55,259 bases of DNA from an uncultured bacterium (GTDB lineage Bacteria > Zixibacteria > MSB-5A5 > CAIYYT01). This document shows, one piece after another, positions 1 to 9,777 of this stretch. Under the pieces are notes generated by a model. That model worked only from the letters and a program-made list of their open reading frames with translations. It was not told the DNA's origin and did no database searches. Within the stretch, counting starts at the first letter, position 1. Each line of letters starts with the position of its first letter. Made by a program: the position numbers and the translations under genes. The stretch is taken from contig CAIVAP010000244.1 in assembly GCA_903903945.1 (NCBI GenBank), forward strand, positions 1 to 55,259, given 5' to 3'.

Positions 1-1
1 A

Positions 2-564
<563 letters not shown>

Positions 565-794
565 TTTAGGATCTCATGAGCCATTGCAGACTTGAAGGCG
601 TTGAGGGTGTAAAGGTGGCTTTCGTCGAAATGAGCCATCAAGTGACGTGACAACATACTCTGATATTACGCCAGACTTATTGGAACCGAAATGGATAGAG
701 GGCCTGATACGACTGAATCAAGCCCTCCCTCAACAACGAACATTGCCTTTCCCAAGTTTGATTTGAAATACAAAGGTGCTGATTTGTGTTGTAG

Positions 795-1859
795 TCAACT
801 AAGCAGTGCGCCTGCTCGGCGCTCGAGGCTTACTCGCTTGTCGGCAAATGGAATGCTTCGGGCGTATGCGGTGAGTCCCTGAGTCAGTCCCGAGCGCGTG
901 GTCACGTCTTCGCCTTCGGCAAGGCCGGTATTCCAGGCATTGGAGATTTCGATCTTGGTAAGGGGGATCTGTTTGAATGAGGTTGTGACTTCTTCAAGCG
1001 TGGCACCTATTCGATCTTCCATCGCTAGTTCTATGGCGTCTCTGATCCGAGCATCGAGATTTCGATTCTCTACGAAGCTATTCAGAACCGGAAGCGCATC
1101 GCTGTAGAATCGGGACAGTGCATGATTGCGATGGACAATTTTCAGTTCCTGCACTTCCTCTGCACCCCAAACAATGTGATTCCCGCAGACGAAATTGTAG
1201 AGGAATGTCGTCAGTCCGAACGTCGCCGATCCCGTTTCCGAATTCCACAGGAAAAATCCTTTGCCAAGACGTGCGTTTCCGACCTCCACCGGACGTTCGT
1301 CATTTACAAGAAAGACGAACATATCGCGGTCGGAGGCGTAGAGTCCGGCCGATCCCATCTTTGAATCCGGCGGATGCCAGTTGGTGTCCTTAACCGCTTC
1401 CAGAAGTTCGTAGATTACGTCGTAGTCCCAGATTCGCCCATAAGTCGGGCTAGTAAAAGCCGAGACTGCATTGCCGAAGTTGCTCTCGTCGGAATCGAAG
1501 GATTCGTTTTTCCTAACAAGCAACTTGGCCTCTCCGCCATTCTTCGCCATACCGTACTCAAGGCACTGAACAGCCATCCCAGCAGATAGTGATCTCAAGT
1601 ATCCCGCCGGTGCTTTTACCGACTGGCAGAGTTGCGAGAATGACCAATTGGTGAGCGCCGCATGCCGAATGTGTCCGTTCAGGAACATCCCGCCGCCGTG
1701 CGTTGCATGAAGTCGTAAGTCCCGCAGAGCATAGGTCTCCTCTAGTGCGTTACGCTTGCGCTTGCCGGTGAACTCGAGGATTGCATCAAGCGTTTTGAAG
1801 CGCTCGTCCGGCGGTCTCTTCACCCACTGTTTGTGGGCATCAACAAGTATCGTGGACAT
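795..1859 (-). CDS. DUF932-family protein
   Basis: Motifs YGRIWD, LYASDRDMFVFL and GFFLWNSETG...NFVCGNH resemble DUF932. ATG at 1859 has an AAAGGAG RBS. Confidence 0.75.
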   Translation of the reverse strand: MSTILVDAHKQWVKRPPDERFKTLDAILEFTGKRKRNALEETYALRDLRLHATHGGGMFLNGHIRHAALTNWSFSQLCQSVKAPAGYLRSLSAGMAVQCLEYGMAKNGGEAKLLVRKNESFDSDESNFGNAVSAFTSPTYGRIWDYDVIYELLEAVKDTNWHPPDSKMGSAGLYASDRDMFVFLVNDERPVEVGNARLGKGFFLWNSETGSATFGLTTFLYNFVCGNHIVWGAEEVQELKIVHRNHALSRFYSDALPVLNSFVENRNLDARIRDAIELAMEDRIGATLEEVTTSFKQIPLTKIEISNAWNTGLAEGEDVTTRSGLTQGLTAYARSIPFADKRVSLERRAGALLS

Positions 1860-1880
1860 GGTGTGTTTCTCCTTTCTCAA

Positions 1881-2642
1881 CTATCCACGCCATTTCTGGC
1901 AGTTTTCGAAGTACTCGCAATTCGGGCATTGCCATCCGGCATTCGGGTAGAATTGCCTCGCCTTGATTCCCTCGATTACGCGTTTGGCCAGGTGGAAGAA
2001 TCGGACTTTGTCGTTTTGATCCCGAAAGACTACAAAGCTGTGCAATTGTGGCTTCTTGGTCTTCGTGAGGATGTCCATCCGCAAGCTGGGCTCACGTTTT
2101 CGGAGCCAGCTGAAAGCATACGCGTAGGCCGTAAGCTGCAAATGCTGCGTTAGCGTAGTGAGGTCGTACACCTTGGCGGCGGTCTTCAATTCGACCACGA
2201 CGTCACCTTCTTCAAGAAGATCAAAGTAGCCATCCATCGGCAACTCAAGCCGTTCGCCGGTCTCAAGGTCAACCAGTGGTACCCGGAAAGACTGCTCGAC
2301 TGCTTTCGGAGCGCCCCCTTTGTATTCCTTGACGTAGACTGCCAGAAGCTCCTTGCCCTTGTCGATTATCGATTCAAGATCGCCACCGTTCTTGAATCGA
2401 ATTTCATCCACTGCCTGAGCATTCATGTCTGCCGCGAAGATTGCGGCAACGTCCTGCCATTCGTGAATAAAACCCTGTTGTTGTTCCTTGTGCCACCACT
2501 CGATAACGGAATGGATGGCGCTTCCTAAGGCGAGTTCTGCCGCCTTGAAGGGCCTCGGGAGTTCGTCGATATACTGATACCGGTACTTTAGCGGGCACAT
2601 CAGGTACAGGTTGATCTGTGATACCGATATGTGGTCGCGCAT
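1881..2642 (-). CDS. PD-(D/E)XK nuclease, RecB/AddB/Cas4-like, with 4-Cys Fe-S motif
   Basis: SVSQINLYLMCP, GSAIH, D...VELKT, QLTAY and C-terminal CPNCEYFENC. TAATG coupling to the upstream gene. Confidence 0.85.
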   Translation of the reverse strand: MRDHISVSQINLYLMCPLKYRYQYIDELPRPFKAAELALGSAIHSVIEWWHKEQQQGFIHEWQDVAAIFAADMNAQAVDEIRFKNGGDLESIIDKGKELLAVYVKEYKGGAPKAVEQSFRVPLVDLETGERLELPMDGYFDLLEEGDVVVELKTAAKVYDLTTLTQHLQLTAYAYAFSWLRKREPSLRMDILTKTKKPQLHSFVVFRDQNDKVRFFHLAKRVIEGIKARQFYPNAGWQCPNCEYFENCQKWRG

Positions 2643-3334
2643 TAGCTTGGCACTCCTTCCAAGCCCACATTTAGAATGTGATCAATCAGAGTACTGGCGT
2701 CCGGCTTCGAGGCATCCTTCAGAGATTCCACGCCAAATGCCCGCTTCAGGAAGTCGTGGGCATCATCGCCAGTGACTCCGCGCTCGGCAAGCAAGCGGAA
2801 AAGATAACGGCGCTGGTTTTCGGTCATGGGCTCATCCGGCGGGTCCTGACTGGCACGGTGGTTATTGCGAGTGCTCTCAGAACCGTCATTGCCGTTTCCC
2901 CCGGCTGCCGGCGCGGCTGCACCCCTCATCCCGTTTCCATGGCCATTATCCCCAACGCCATTGATGAACTCATCGGTCAGTTCTTCGAGGGCAATAACGC
3001 CGACGTTCACGGCGTCCCGCAGTGCTCTTGCTTTAGCGCGGGTAAACGCCATGCGAATGATGTGCGGAGCAATGATGGCGTTCACGTTGTTGGGGTTGGC
3101 GTCCCCACACTCGGTGAATACCCCTTTTTCTGTCACTACTCTCGCCATAGAAATCGCGGTCATTTCGTTGTCCGCGGAAGGGGCTTGCAGCAGCTTGGTT
3201 TCGATCTCTTTCAAGCCTTCCTGGTGGGCGCGATTGAGCAAGCCAGCGTACGTGACAACCTCTCTGGTTGCAATAACGCGGCCTTGGCGGTCCTTGATCT
3301 CGATGGTCGTGACCAAGTTCGACTGGGTGGTCAT
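2642..3334 (-). CDS. Putative single-strand annealing protein (Rad52/RecT-like) with low-complexity linker and small C-terminal helical domain
   Basis: ATG at 3334 with GAGGAGG RBS. GDA...IRMAFTRAKARALRDA motif. Located directly upstream of an exonuclease-like gene. Confidence 0.55.
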   Translation of the reverse strand: MTTQSNLVTTIEIKDRQGRVIATREVVTYAGLLNRAHQEGLKEIETKLLQAPSADNEMTAISMARVVTEKGVFTECGDANPNNVNAIIAPHIIRMAFTRAKARALRDAVNVGVIALEELTDEFINGVGDNGHGNGMRGAAAPAAGGNGNDGSESTRNNHRASQDPPDEPMTENQRRYLFRLLAERGVTGDDAHDFLKRAFGVESLKDASKPDASTLIDHILNVGLEGVPS

Positions 3335-3515
3335 AAGACCTCCTCTCGTTGTTTTGTGTTGGTGTCTAAATTGGAAAAGGACTGGGGTGGAAAGTGAAAC
3401 CTTCACAGACCACCTTCGAGAGGGAGCGTACAGGCCCCACAAACGCAATCAATTGCCGAATGAGGACACTTTTCCGCCCTAGATCGATGTGCCTCGCTTC
3501 CCTACGCTCAATCGT

Positions 3516-4796
3516 ATGACGAACAGAGAACTTCTCATCCTCGGCGAAACTAACTACCGAAATGACCGGAAGCGATTCGGCATCTTGAACGATGACCGCC
3601 GGCGACACATGTTTATTGTGGGGAAGACAGGGATGGGGAAATCCACACTGCTGTTAAACTGCATCGTGCAGGACATCCAGGCAGGGCGGGGGGTGGCTGT
3701 CATCGACCCCCACGGTGATCTCGTCGAGCGGGTACAGGACCATGTCCCGGCTAGACGCGTTAACGAAACGATCTACTTCAACCCAGCCGACGTGGACTAC
3801 CCGATTGCTTTCAATGTCCTCTCAAATTCCGACCCGAAGCAGCGGCATCTCGTCGCCTCGGGGGTCGTGCAAGTTTTCAAGAAGATCTGGTTTGATTCCT
3901 GGGGTCCGCGGCTGGAGTACGTGCTTCGAAACGCGATCTTGGCGCTGCTGGAAGCTCGCGGGCAGACGCTGCTAGGTATCAACCGGATGCTCGTTGATGA
4001 AGCATTTCGTCAGAGAATCATGAACGCCGTCAATGACCCGGTGCTTCGCCACTTCTGGGGCGTGGAGTTCGAGCAGTATCCGAAAGTCTTCCGTACCGAG
4101 ACGATCTCGCCGATTCTGAACAAGGTCGGCCAATTCCTCGCCAACCCGCTAATGCGGAACATTGTCGGACAGACGAAGACCAGATTCGACCTTTCGGAGG
4201 TTCTCGCTTCTGGGCAGATTCTGCTCCTGAACCTCGCGAAAGGGAAGATTGGCGAGGACAACTCCGCGCTTCTGGGGGCATTGATGGTGACACAGCTCTA
4301 CCTGGCGGCGTCGCGGCGGGCGTCAGTTCTCGAAGAGGAGAGGACTGACTTCTTCCTCTATATCGATGAAACGCACGCGTACGCGACGGAGGATTTCCCG
4401 TCAATTCTCTCAGAAGCGCGTAAGTACGGACTCGTGATAGCGGGCATGGCGAATCAATTCCTGGCGCAATTGCCGAAACAGCTTGTGTCAGCCATCCTCG
4501 GCAACGTCGGAACGCTCATCGCCTTCGCTTGCGGATCGGAGGACGCGGAGGCACTGGCACGAGAATTCTATCCGACCTTCAGGGCAGTCGATCTCAACAG
4601 TCTTCCGCAGTACAACGCGTACCTTCGACTATCCATCGACGGGAAAACGTCGGAGCCGTTCAGTGCGGAGACGTTGCCGCCGCCTGTTAGCCTCAAACAG
4701 TCGAGTCGAGGGAAGATCATCAAGCAGTCGCGGCAGCGCTTCTGCCGGAGTCTCCAGAGCGTGAATGAACGGATCGAACGATGGATGCACAATTAG
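3516..4796 (+). CDS. VirD4/TraD/HerA-like P-loop ATPase (T4SS DNA-binding/coupling-protein domain), no N-terminal TM anchor
   Basis: RRRHMFIVGKTGMGKS (Walker A), VIDPHGDL, FLYIDETH (Walker B), SEARKYG, ANQ. Start is 3516 or 3489. Confidence 0.85.
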   Translation: MTNRELLILGETNYRNDRKRFGILNDDRRRHMFIVGKTGMGKSTLLLNCIVQDIQAGRGVAVIDPHGDLVERVQDHVPARRVNETIYFNPADVDYPIAFNVLSNSDPKQRHLVASGVVQVFKKIWFDSWGPRLEYVLRNAILALLEARGQTLLGINRMLVDEAFRQRIMNAVNDPVLRHFWGVEFEQYPKVFRTETISPILNKVGQFLANPLMRNIVGQTKTRFDLSEVLASGQILLLNLAKGKIGEDNSALLGALMVTQLYLAASRRASVLEEERTDFFLYIDETHAYATEDFPSILSEARKYGLVIAGMANQFLAQLPKQLVSAILGNVGTLIAFACGSEDAEALAREFYPTFRAVDLNSLPQYNAYLRLSIDGKTSEPFSAETLPPPVSLKQSSRGKIIKQSRQRFCRSLQSVNERIERWMHN

Positions 4797-4999
4797 CATT
4801 TAGCCGCCCTGCTGCTCGCTATTTCCGGGGTGGGAAGAAGAAAAGCAACGAAGTTAACTTTGCCGAGACTAGAATCGCTCGGCGGTCCTTTGACGATAGG
4901 CAACCCACGATAGGGTCTCCGGAGCTGCAAGTACACCTTCTGGAAGCCAAAGCATTTGCGATTCGCAGTAAACACGCTATATTGTCTAATAGACACAGG

Positions 5000-5188
5000 A
5001 TGAAGTCCAAGATGAAACTCACTGCCGCTGCACTCAAGAAAGTTGGTGTAACCCTGACCGATCCTGACAGAATTATCCTTCACTGCGATCAATGCGATAA
5101 GGGATGGCAACCACAAATACAACCAGGTGGCAAGCTCCGTCGTCTCTACTTGGTCTGTCCGAACCGCTGCAACGAGCCGAGGCGTTAA
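5000..5188 (+). CDS. Small putative Zn-binding protein (~60 aa)
   Basis: CDQC...CPNRC motif. Candidate promoter TTGCGA-N16-TATATT at 4956-4983. Start is 5000 or 5012. Confidence 0.5.
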   Translation: MKSKMKLTAAALKKVGVTLTDPDRIILHCDQCDKGWQPQIQPGGKLRRLYLVCPNRCNEPRR

Positions 5189-5484
5189 AGTAACTGACTT
5201 CGGCGACACTTGAGCATCGTGACAGGATGGAGAGCGCGACAAGTTGCGCCGTCGTGGTTTAGGCCGTGACAGCGCCTAACTCTCCTTGATTCGTTGCTCG
5301 AAGTAGTTGAGTTCCACTTCGGCTAAACCAGATATTTCCGCGGCCATTCAGCCGGGTTCTTCAAAGCAACTTGATTCACGTCGAGCGTGAACGTTGGCAC
5401 TCGAAAGCTAATCTTTTTCGATAGTGCGGGCAGAATCAGACGGCTATTTCTCCGGAATGACCCTATCCACAAAGTTTGTCTGAC

Positions 5485-8400
5485 TCATCGAAGGGTCTGT
5501 CGTTCCTCCACAAGTGAATATATGTACGCTGTTAACGGCAACGCTCCAGCTACTCGAGGCAAATAGTTATGCGCCTCCGCAATGTGCTTCAGCCATCCCG
5601 GAACCGGCTCTGCATCCGCAGATTCACTTGAGAGCCTTGCTTTGTCTGAGAGTACGGCAAACGCAGAGTCGGGCGCGAGAATCTGTTGTGGCTGACCGTC
5701 GGATCCTACGTACTCAAGCTTTGCTCCCTGAGATTCCGCCTCCTTGTAGAAATCTCTAAGTCTGGCGGCAAGTTGATACGGCTTACCCCCAAAGTGCCCC
5801 GAACGCGAATTGCGCCAAAGCTTTTCGCCAGTCATCGTAGTTTCAATACCAGCTCTGATTAGGTATCCGTGGTCATAAAATTTTTCAGCAATCGCCTTAA
5901 ATATCCGTATGGCACTCGATACGTTGTCGCAGATCATGCCATTTCCGTCATCCTGATCCGGCTCGAATCCCATTGCCTTCTCACGTGTCGCAATGATTTC
6001 AAGGTCTCGGTTGATTTGGTGAATTATTTCCTGCAGCGGTCGGACTTCGCGCGTTCCGGAAGAACCCTTGATGTCCCACAAGAGTACCGCTTTGTCGACC
6101 TCAAAATAGCGGATTACAATTTCACTAACCGGGTAATGCCACGAAGACCAGACTTCAAGCACAGTCGTGCGTGTTCTCTCGAATAGCAATGAGACATTCT
6201 CCAGGCGACTTTCTATGCTCCCACTGTCCAGTTGCGCAGGTTCGACCTCGGGTGGCAACTGACAGGAGAGGCCACGTCTAAAAGCACCCCGTATGTACTC
6301 GTTGTACAGCGCAAGATGGTCCTTCAACTGTGTTCGCAACTCCGGCTTTCTTCGGTCATTGACGAGATCGTTTTCTGTCAGAACCGTTCTCGCGATTGAC
6401 ACAGCCTTGCCTGCCAACGCGGCTGCAAAGCGCAAGTAGCTCTCCCGAACTGTATGTTCACCCGGAGACAAATCAATTCTTGGTCGGATTGTATTTTGCC
6501 AATACGGCATACAGTGACCATAGCGTCCCATTTCAGATAATAATTCATCGACTTGCCGGATAACCTCAAAGCGCCTATCATACGAACCTTTCTTGATTTC
6601 CGTTTCACCGAGAAGATGAGCCGATTCGGCAAATTTCGCATCCAACCGTCCTGCGCTCACCCTGAGGTGTTGAGTGCCCGCTGTCGCGGCCAATTCGGCG
6701 AGAGACATAGCCAAATGGGAGGCGTTCATTAGAGGGTGGAACAGCCAGAGTTCAATCTCTTTGCTAATCGCGCACAGGTAGCTTGATTCATCATGACAGG
6801 TCGTCAGCGCGTGGAGTGCCTCGACACGCTCTGGTCCCTTGAGGTGGGATTCGAGGACCATGAACGTATCAACAAGGGACGCCGTCCTGTCTAACAGCCC
6901 GCGATCGATAGGATTCCGAGTCGGGTCGAACAGCTTCGACAGTGCCTTATTCCTGTATAGCATTCGGCCAGTACTGACTGCTCCAGATTGCCGCCGAATG
7001 CCACGTTTCTCATCCGATTGGAACAGATCAGTTTCCAGAGCCCAGTCAATTACAAACGGTTGCCGCGGATACTCCGGCAGCGTCGTCCGTGCCCCAAACT
7101 CGTCGAATCCGAGTGCGATCTCTACACTCAGGGCATTGTCAAGTTCCGCACTGAGGCCAACTTGCAAAGTGGCCAAAAGTTTCTCGCATACGAACCACGG
7201 GATTCCGTCAACTGCAGTATCACGATGTTCTCGTTTGAAGCACATGATCGCCTGAGCGAGAACATAGTCAAGCCAGTACTTGATCTTATGGTCGTGTGAG
7301 AGGTTTTCACCGAAGCGTATGCCACGAACCCATCTGTTTTCGTCATTTGTGGTGCGAACATAACGTGGAACAATTAGCCCCGAGTCAATGGAGGAATTAC
7401 AGCAATCGTGGAAGAGCGCGTCCGTGAGACGGACCCCGGACAGTTCAAGGAGTTGCTTCATTGCTGGGTAGGAAAGCGCAATGTCGAGACGTGACGAATC
7501 CAATCTACCGCTAGATCGGGTTGATTCATCCCAGACGAGCCGCTGCGCTTCCAGTACAGCAGCTAATGATTCGCGCGCGTGAGCGCCAGTGGTGTGAGCG
7601 AGGTACCGGTTTACCGTTGATAAGAACTTAGAGCCACTGCTCGTCCTGGCAAGTGTAAGCAACTCGCTCTCAATTTCAACTCGGTGCGTATCCCTCCACT
7701 CGGGCGTCGGCAGACCCGGTTCAGGCATTTCGCCCGCCAGAGCGGACCGAAGTTCCCTTTGCCATCCTGTGCACATGTCCAATCCGAAAATTAACCTAAG
7801 ATCACGTTCGGCGACTGACGGAGTATCAATCTCAATGCCCTTCAGGACTTCCGTAATCCAGCGCCAACCAAATTCAAAACTTCCCAAATAGTGTGCAGCG
7901 TTCATCAGTGCCTGATACCGTCTGGTCCGGTGAAGTGGGGAGTTTGCCGTAGCTTGAAGGGCGCTCCGCCAGAGAACGCCTAGTGGTCGTGGGCTGTGGT
8001 CGAATAGTGTGGTGTCAAGCATCTCGCTTTCAGTCAATGAAAGGCAGTATATGGGCACGACATTGAGATGTCGTTGTTTCCCATCGATGAATATCCGAAT
8101 CTGACATGGCCCTCGCTGGTAGGATGACAGCGAATGCACTTTCGCTTCCGACATAGCATCGTCATTAAAGACCGTTACGCCGCTGGCCGCATGCCAGCGC
8201 CGTGTATTGTCGTGCATCGAATCCCTGCGTGATTTCAAGTCCGCTAACATTGGCTCAAATGGCGTCGGAGAAGTGATGCCGATAATGGGATGGTCGACAT
8301 CGTAGGGGGTGCCGAGTGAACCGAATGATTGCACTTCGCTATCAATAAATTCCGCGATTTCGTCTTCGCGCACCTTCATCGACGCCTCTACTTTGCGCGC

Positions 8401-8760
8401 CAGTTCACTGTGTGCACCCCGCGAGATCGTGAGAACACAGCTGTGGACATCTGCATTGAAAAGAGAGAGTTCATCCATGACTCCTGCAAGCGTGGAGCCG
8501 AAGATCAAAGTGTCGTCGACCACAACTATCCGTCGGCCAGATAAAGTGGTCGCGTTGATGAAAGGCAGTGCCTTCTCAGTTACGCACTTCTCCCAAGGGA
8601 CAATTGGTGTGTTTGAAAACTGATCTACGAGCATCAGCAGTCGAGGTGCTTTGCGCGAGATTGCGACAATCAAGTCGTAGCGACTTTGGACAATACCACT
8701 GACGAACTTGGTAATGGGCTTCTGGTAGCGACTAAGAAAATGTCTCTCGTGAGCATCCAT
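5485..8760 (-). CDS. Large protein: N-terminal phosphoribosyltransferase domain plus C-terminal class III adenylate/guanylate cyclase-like domain
   Basis: PRPP-binding loop RIVVVDDTLIFGST. Cyclase motifs AVLLWDIKGSS, QDDG, IRAGI and GKPYQLAARL. Confidence 0.75.
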   Translation of the reverse strand: MDAHERHFLSRYQKPITKFVSGIVQSRYDLIVAISRKAPRLLMLVDQFSNTPIVPWEKCVTEKALPFINATTLSGRRIVVVDDTLIFGSTLAGVMDELSLFNADVHSCVLTISRGAHSELARKVEASMKVREDEIAEFIDSEVQSFGSLGTPYDVDHPIIGITSPTPFEPMLADLKSRRDSMHDNTRRWHAASGVTVFNDDAMSEAKVHSLSSYQRGPCQIRIFIDGKQRHLNVVPIYCLSLTESEMLDTTLFDHSPRPLGVLWRSALQATANSPLHRTRRYQALMNAAHYLGSFEFGWRWITEVLKGIEIDTPSVAERDLRLIFGLDMCTGWQRELRSALAGEMPEPGLPTPEWRDTHRVEIESELLTLARTSSGSKFLSTVNRYLAHTTGAHARESLAAVLEAQRLVWDESTRSSGRLDSSRLDIALSYPAMKQLLELSGVRLTDALFHDCCNSSIDSGLIVPRYVRTTNDENRWVRGIRFGENLSHDHKIKYWLDYVLAQAIMCFKREHRDTAVDGIPWFVCEKLLATLQVGLSAELDNALSVEIALGFDEFGARTTLPEYPRQPFVIDWALETDLFQSDEKRGIRRQSGAVSTGRMLYRNKALSKLFDPTRNPIDRGLLDRTASLVDTFMVLESHLKGPERVEALHALTTCHDESSYLCAISKEIELWLFHPLMNASHLAMSLAELAATAGTQHLRVSAGRLDAKFAESAHLLGETEIKKGSYDRRFEVIRQVDELLSEMGRYGHCMPYWQNTIRPRIDLSPGEHTVRESYLRFAAALAGKAVSIARTVLTENDLVNDRRKPELRTQLKDHLALYNEYIRGAFRRGLSCQLPPEVEPAQLDSGSIESRLENVSLLFERTRTTVLEVWSSWHYPVSEIVIRYFEVDKAVLLWDIKGSSGTREVRPLQEIIHQINRDLEIIATREKAMGFEPDQDDGNGMICDNVSSAIRIFKAIAEKFYDHGYLIRAGIETTMTGEKLWRNSRSGHFGGKPYQLAARLRDFYKEAESQGAKLEYVGSDGQPQQILAPDSAFAVLSDKARLSSESADAEPVPGWLKHIAEAHNYLPRVAGALPLTAYIYSLVEERQTLR

Positions 8761-9107
8761 GATGTTTCCCCAGTGTTTATCGACCCAAATTGATTGACCG
8801 CATTATTTTATGTATCATGATAATAGCCGGGTTGAATAGCCGACTCAATCCACTAGGAATTGTTCCTTGGCCTCAGGCACCGCCGCTCACACTGCCAGCA
8901 TGCGCCTTGTGAGCGGCTATTGAATTTACGAAACTGTGCCAGGAAGTCAAGTCTCCCGGAAGGCTGCTTGTGACCAATTTGTGACTATAATCAGTCCCGA
9001 ACCGTCAAAATTGATCCAAAGTAGTACTTCAATGGATCGCTGCTATCCTGCCGTAGTCCAACGCAATGCGTTGATGCTCATTCGTTTGTGTTTTCGTCGG
9101 GATCGCT

Positions 9108-9146
9108 TTTCAAGTCCCTTGCGTCTACCAATTACGCCACTCCGGC
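9108..9146 (-). pseudogene. tRNA-Leu 5' half (through the anticodon loop; loop reads CTTGAAA)
   Basis: GCCGGAGTGGCGTAATTGGTAGACGCAAGGGACTTGAAA on the minus strand; no 3' half follows. Confidence 0.85.
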
Positions 9147-9165
9147 AATTGGTAAGGTGTTCAGC

Positions 9166-9194
9166 AATTTAGGCTTAACTTCGAAAGGACGCAA
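9166..9194 (-). promoter_or_regulatory. Sigma70-type promoter for the cassette-borne tRNA 5' half
   Basis: TTGCGT-N17-TAAATT, about 20 nt upstream of the tRNA start; same geometry as at 14296-14324. Confidence 0.6.
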
Positions 9195-9696
9195 GGGACT
9201 TTTGTCCCGGTGCGCGCTTGATTGTACTTGATTGATAGATTGTCACTTGAGCTGAGATTGGCTAGGTGTTGTGACCAATTTGTGACTGCCGAGAGTTTGA
9301 TGACAGGGTCAGTCTGAGAAAAAAACGCTTCGTTTAATCAATCTGAACAAGTTGTATGCGATAAGAGAGCCAGCCTTCTCGGGGCTCAGTCTTCTTGAAT
9401 CGGTCGAGGTCGATTGTCGACTAGATTGGCCCCTCGGGACAGTATTTGCCCACTCCCGTGACAGCTTTTTTCAGGAAAGAACTTCTCAGCAACAAGGTTG
9501 AATACCGCAACCGCATCTTGCCTCAAGCCCCCTACGTGTTTAGACTTAGCTGACGGCAAACAGTCACGGTGAGCGGCGTCATGTCAAACTCGAAAAAGTG
9601 CTTTTCACAGCTTGACCGCGCAGCTGAGATTTCTCAACGATCAGCTTGGACCTAGGTCGCCCTTCCCAACCTCACACAGTGGATGGTTGTGTCACT

Positions 9697-9777
9697 TTAT
9701 GTGAGCTTGGTCAAGATGCAGAGCACGGCCAATACGACTATTCCAGCTATCATAGGGATTATCGTGACCTTCTTCAT
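9697..9777 (-). CDS. 26-aa single-TM peptide MKKVTIIPMIAGIVVLAVLCILTKLT (type I toxin-like)
   Basis: Translated by hand (below the ORF track cutoff). Strong RBS AAGGAAGGAAGG; basic N-terminus and hydrophobic core. Confidence 0.55.
   Translation of the reverse strand: MKKVTIIPMIAGIVVLAVLCILTKLT

Larger units (their letters stand above)
8968..9287. mobile_element. att junction between two tandem elements (arm-core-arm)
   Basis: Identical 19-mer TTGTGACCAATTTGTGACT at 8968-8986 and 9269-9287 flanks the tRNA fragment. IHF-like CATCAACGCATTG on the minus strand at 9064-9076. Confidence 0.75.

Noticed and set aside
1881-2642. Calling the nuclease cas4
   Set aside because: The 4-Cys PD-(D/E)XK fold is shared with phage/ICE RecB-like exonucleases. 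It is coupled to an SSAP-like gene, not cas1/cas2.
2678-3482. Plus-strand ORFs of 239 and 205 aa, and similar antisense ORFs across the nuo operon
   Set aside because: Shadow ORFs opposite well-supported genes, with no recognisable motifs.
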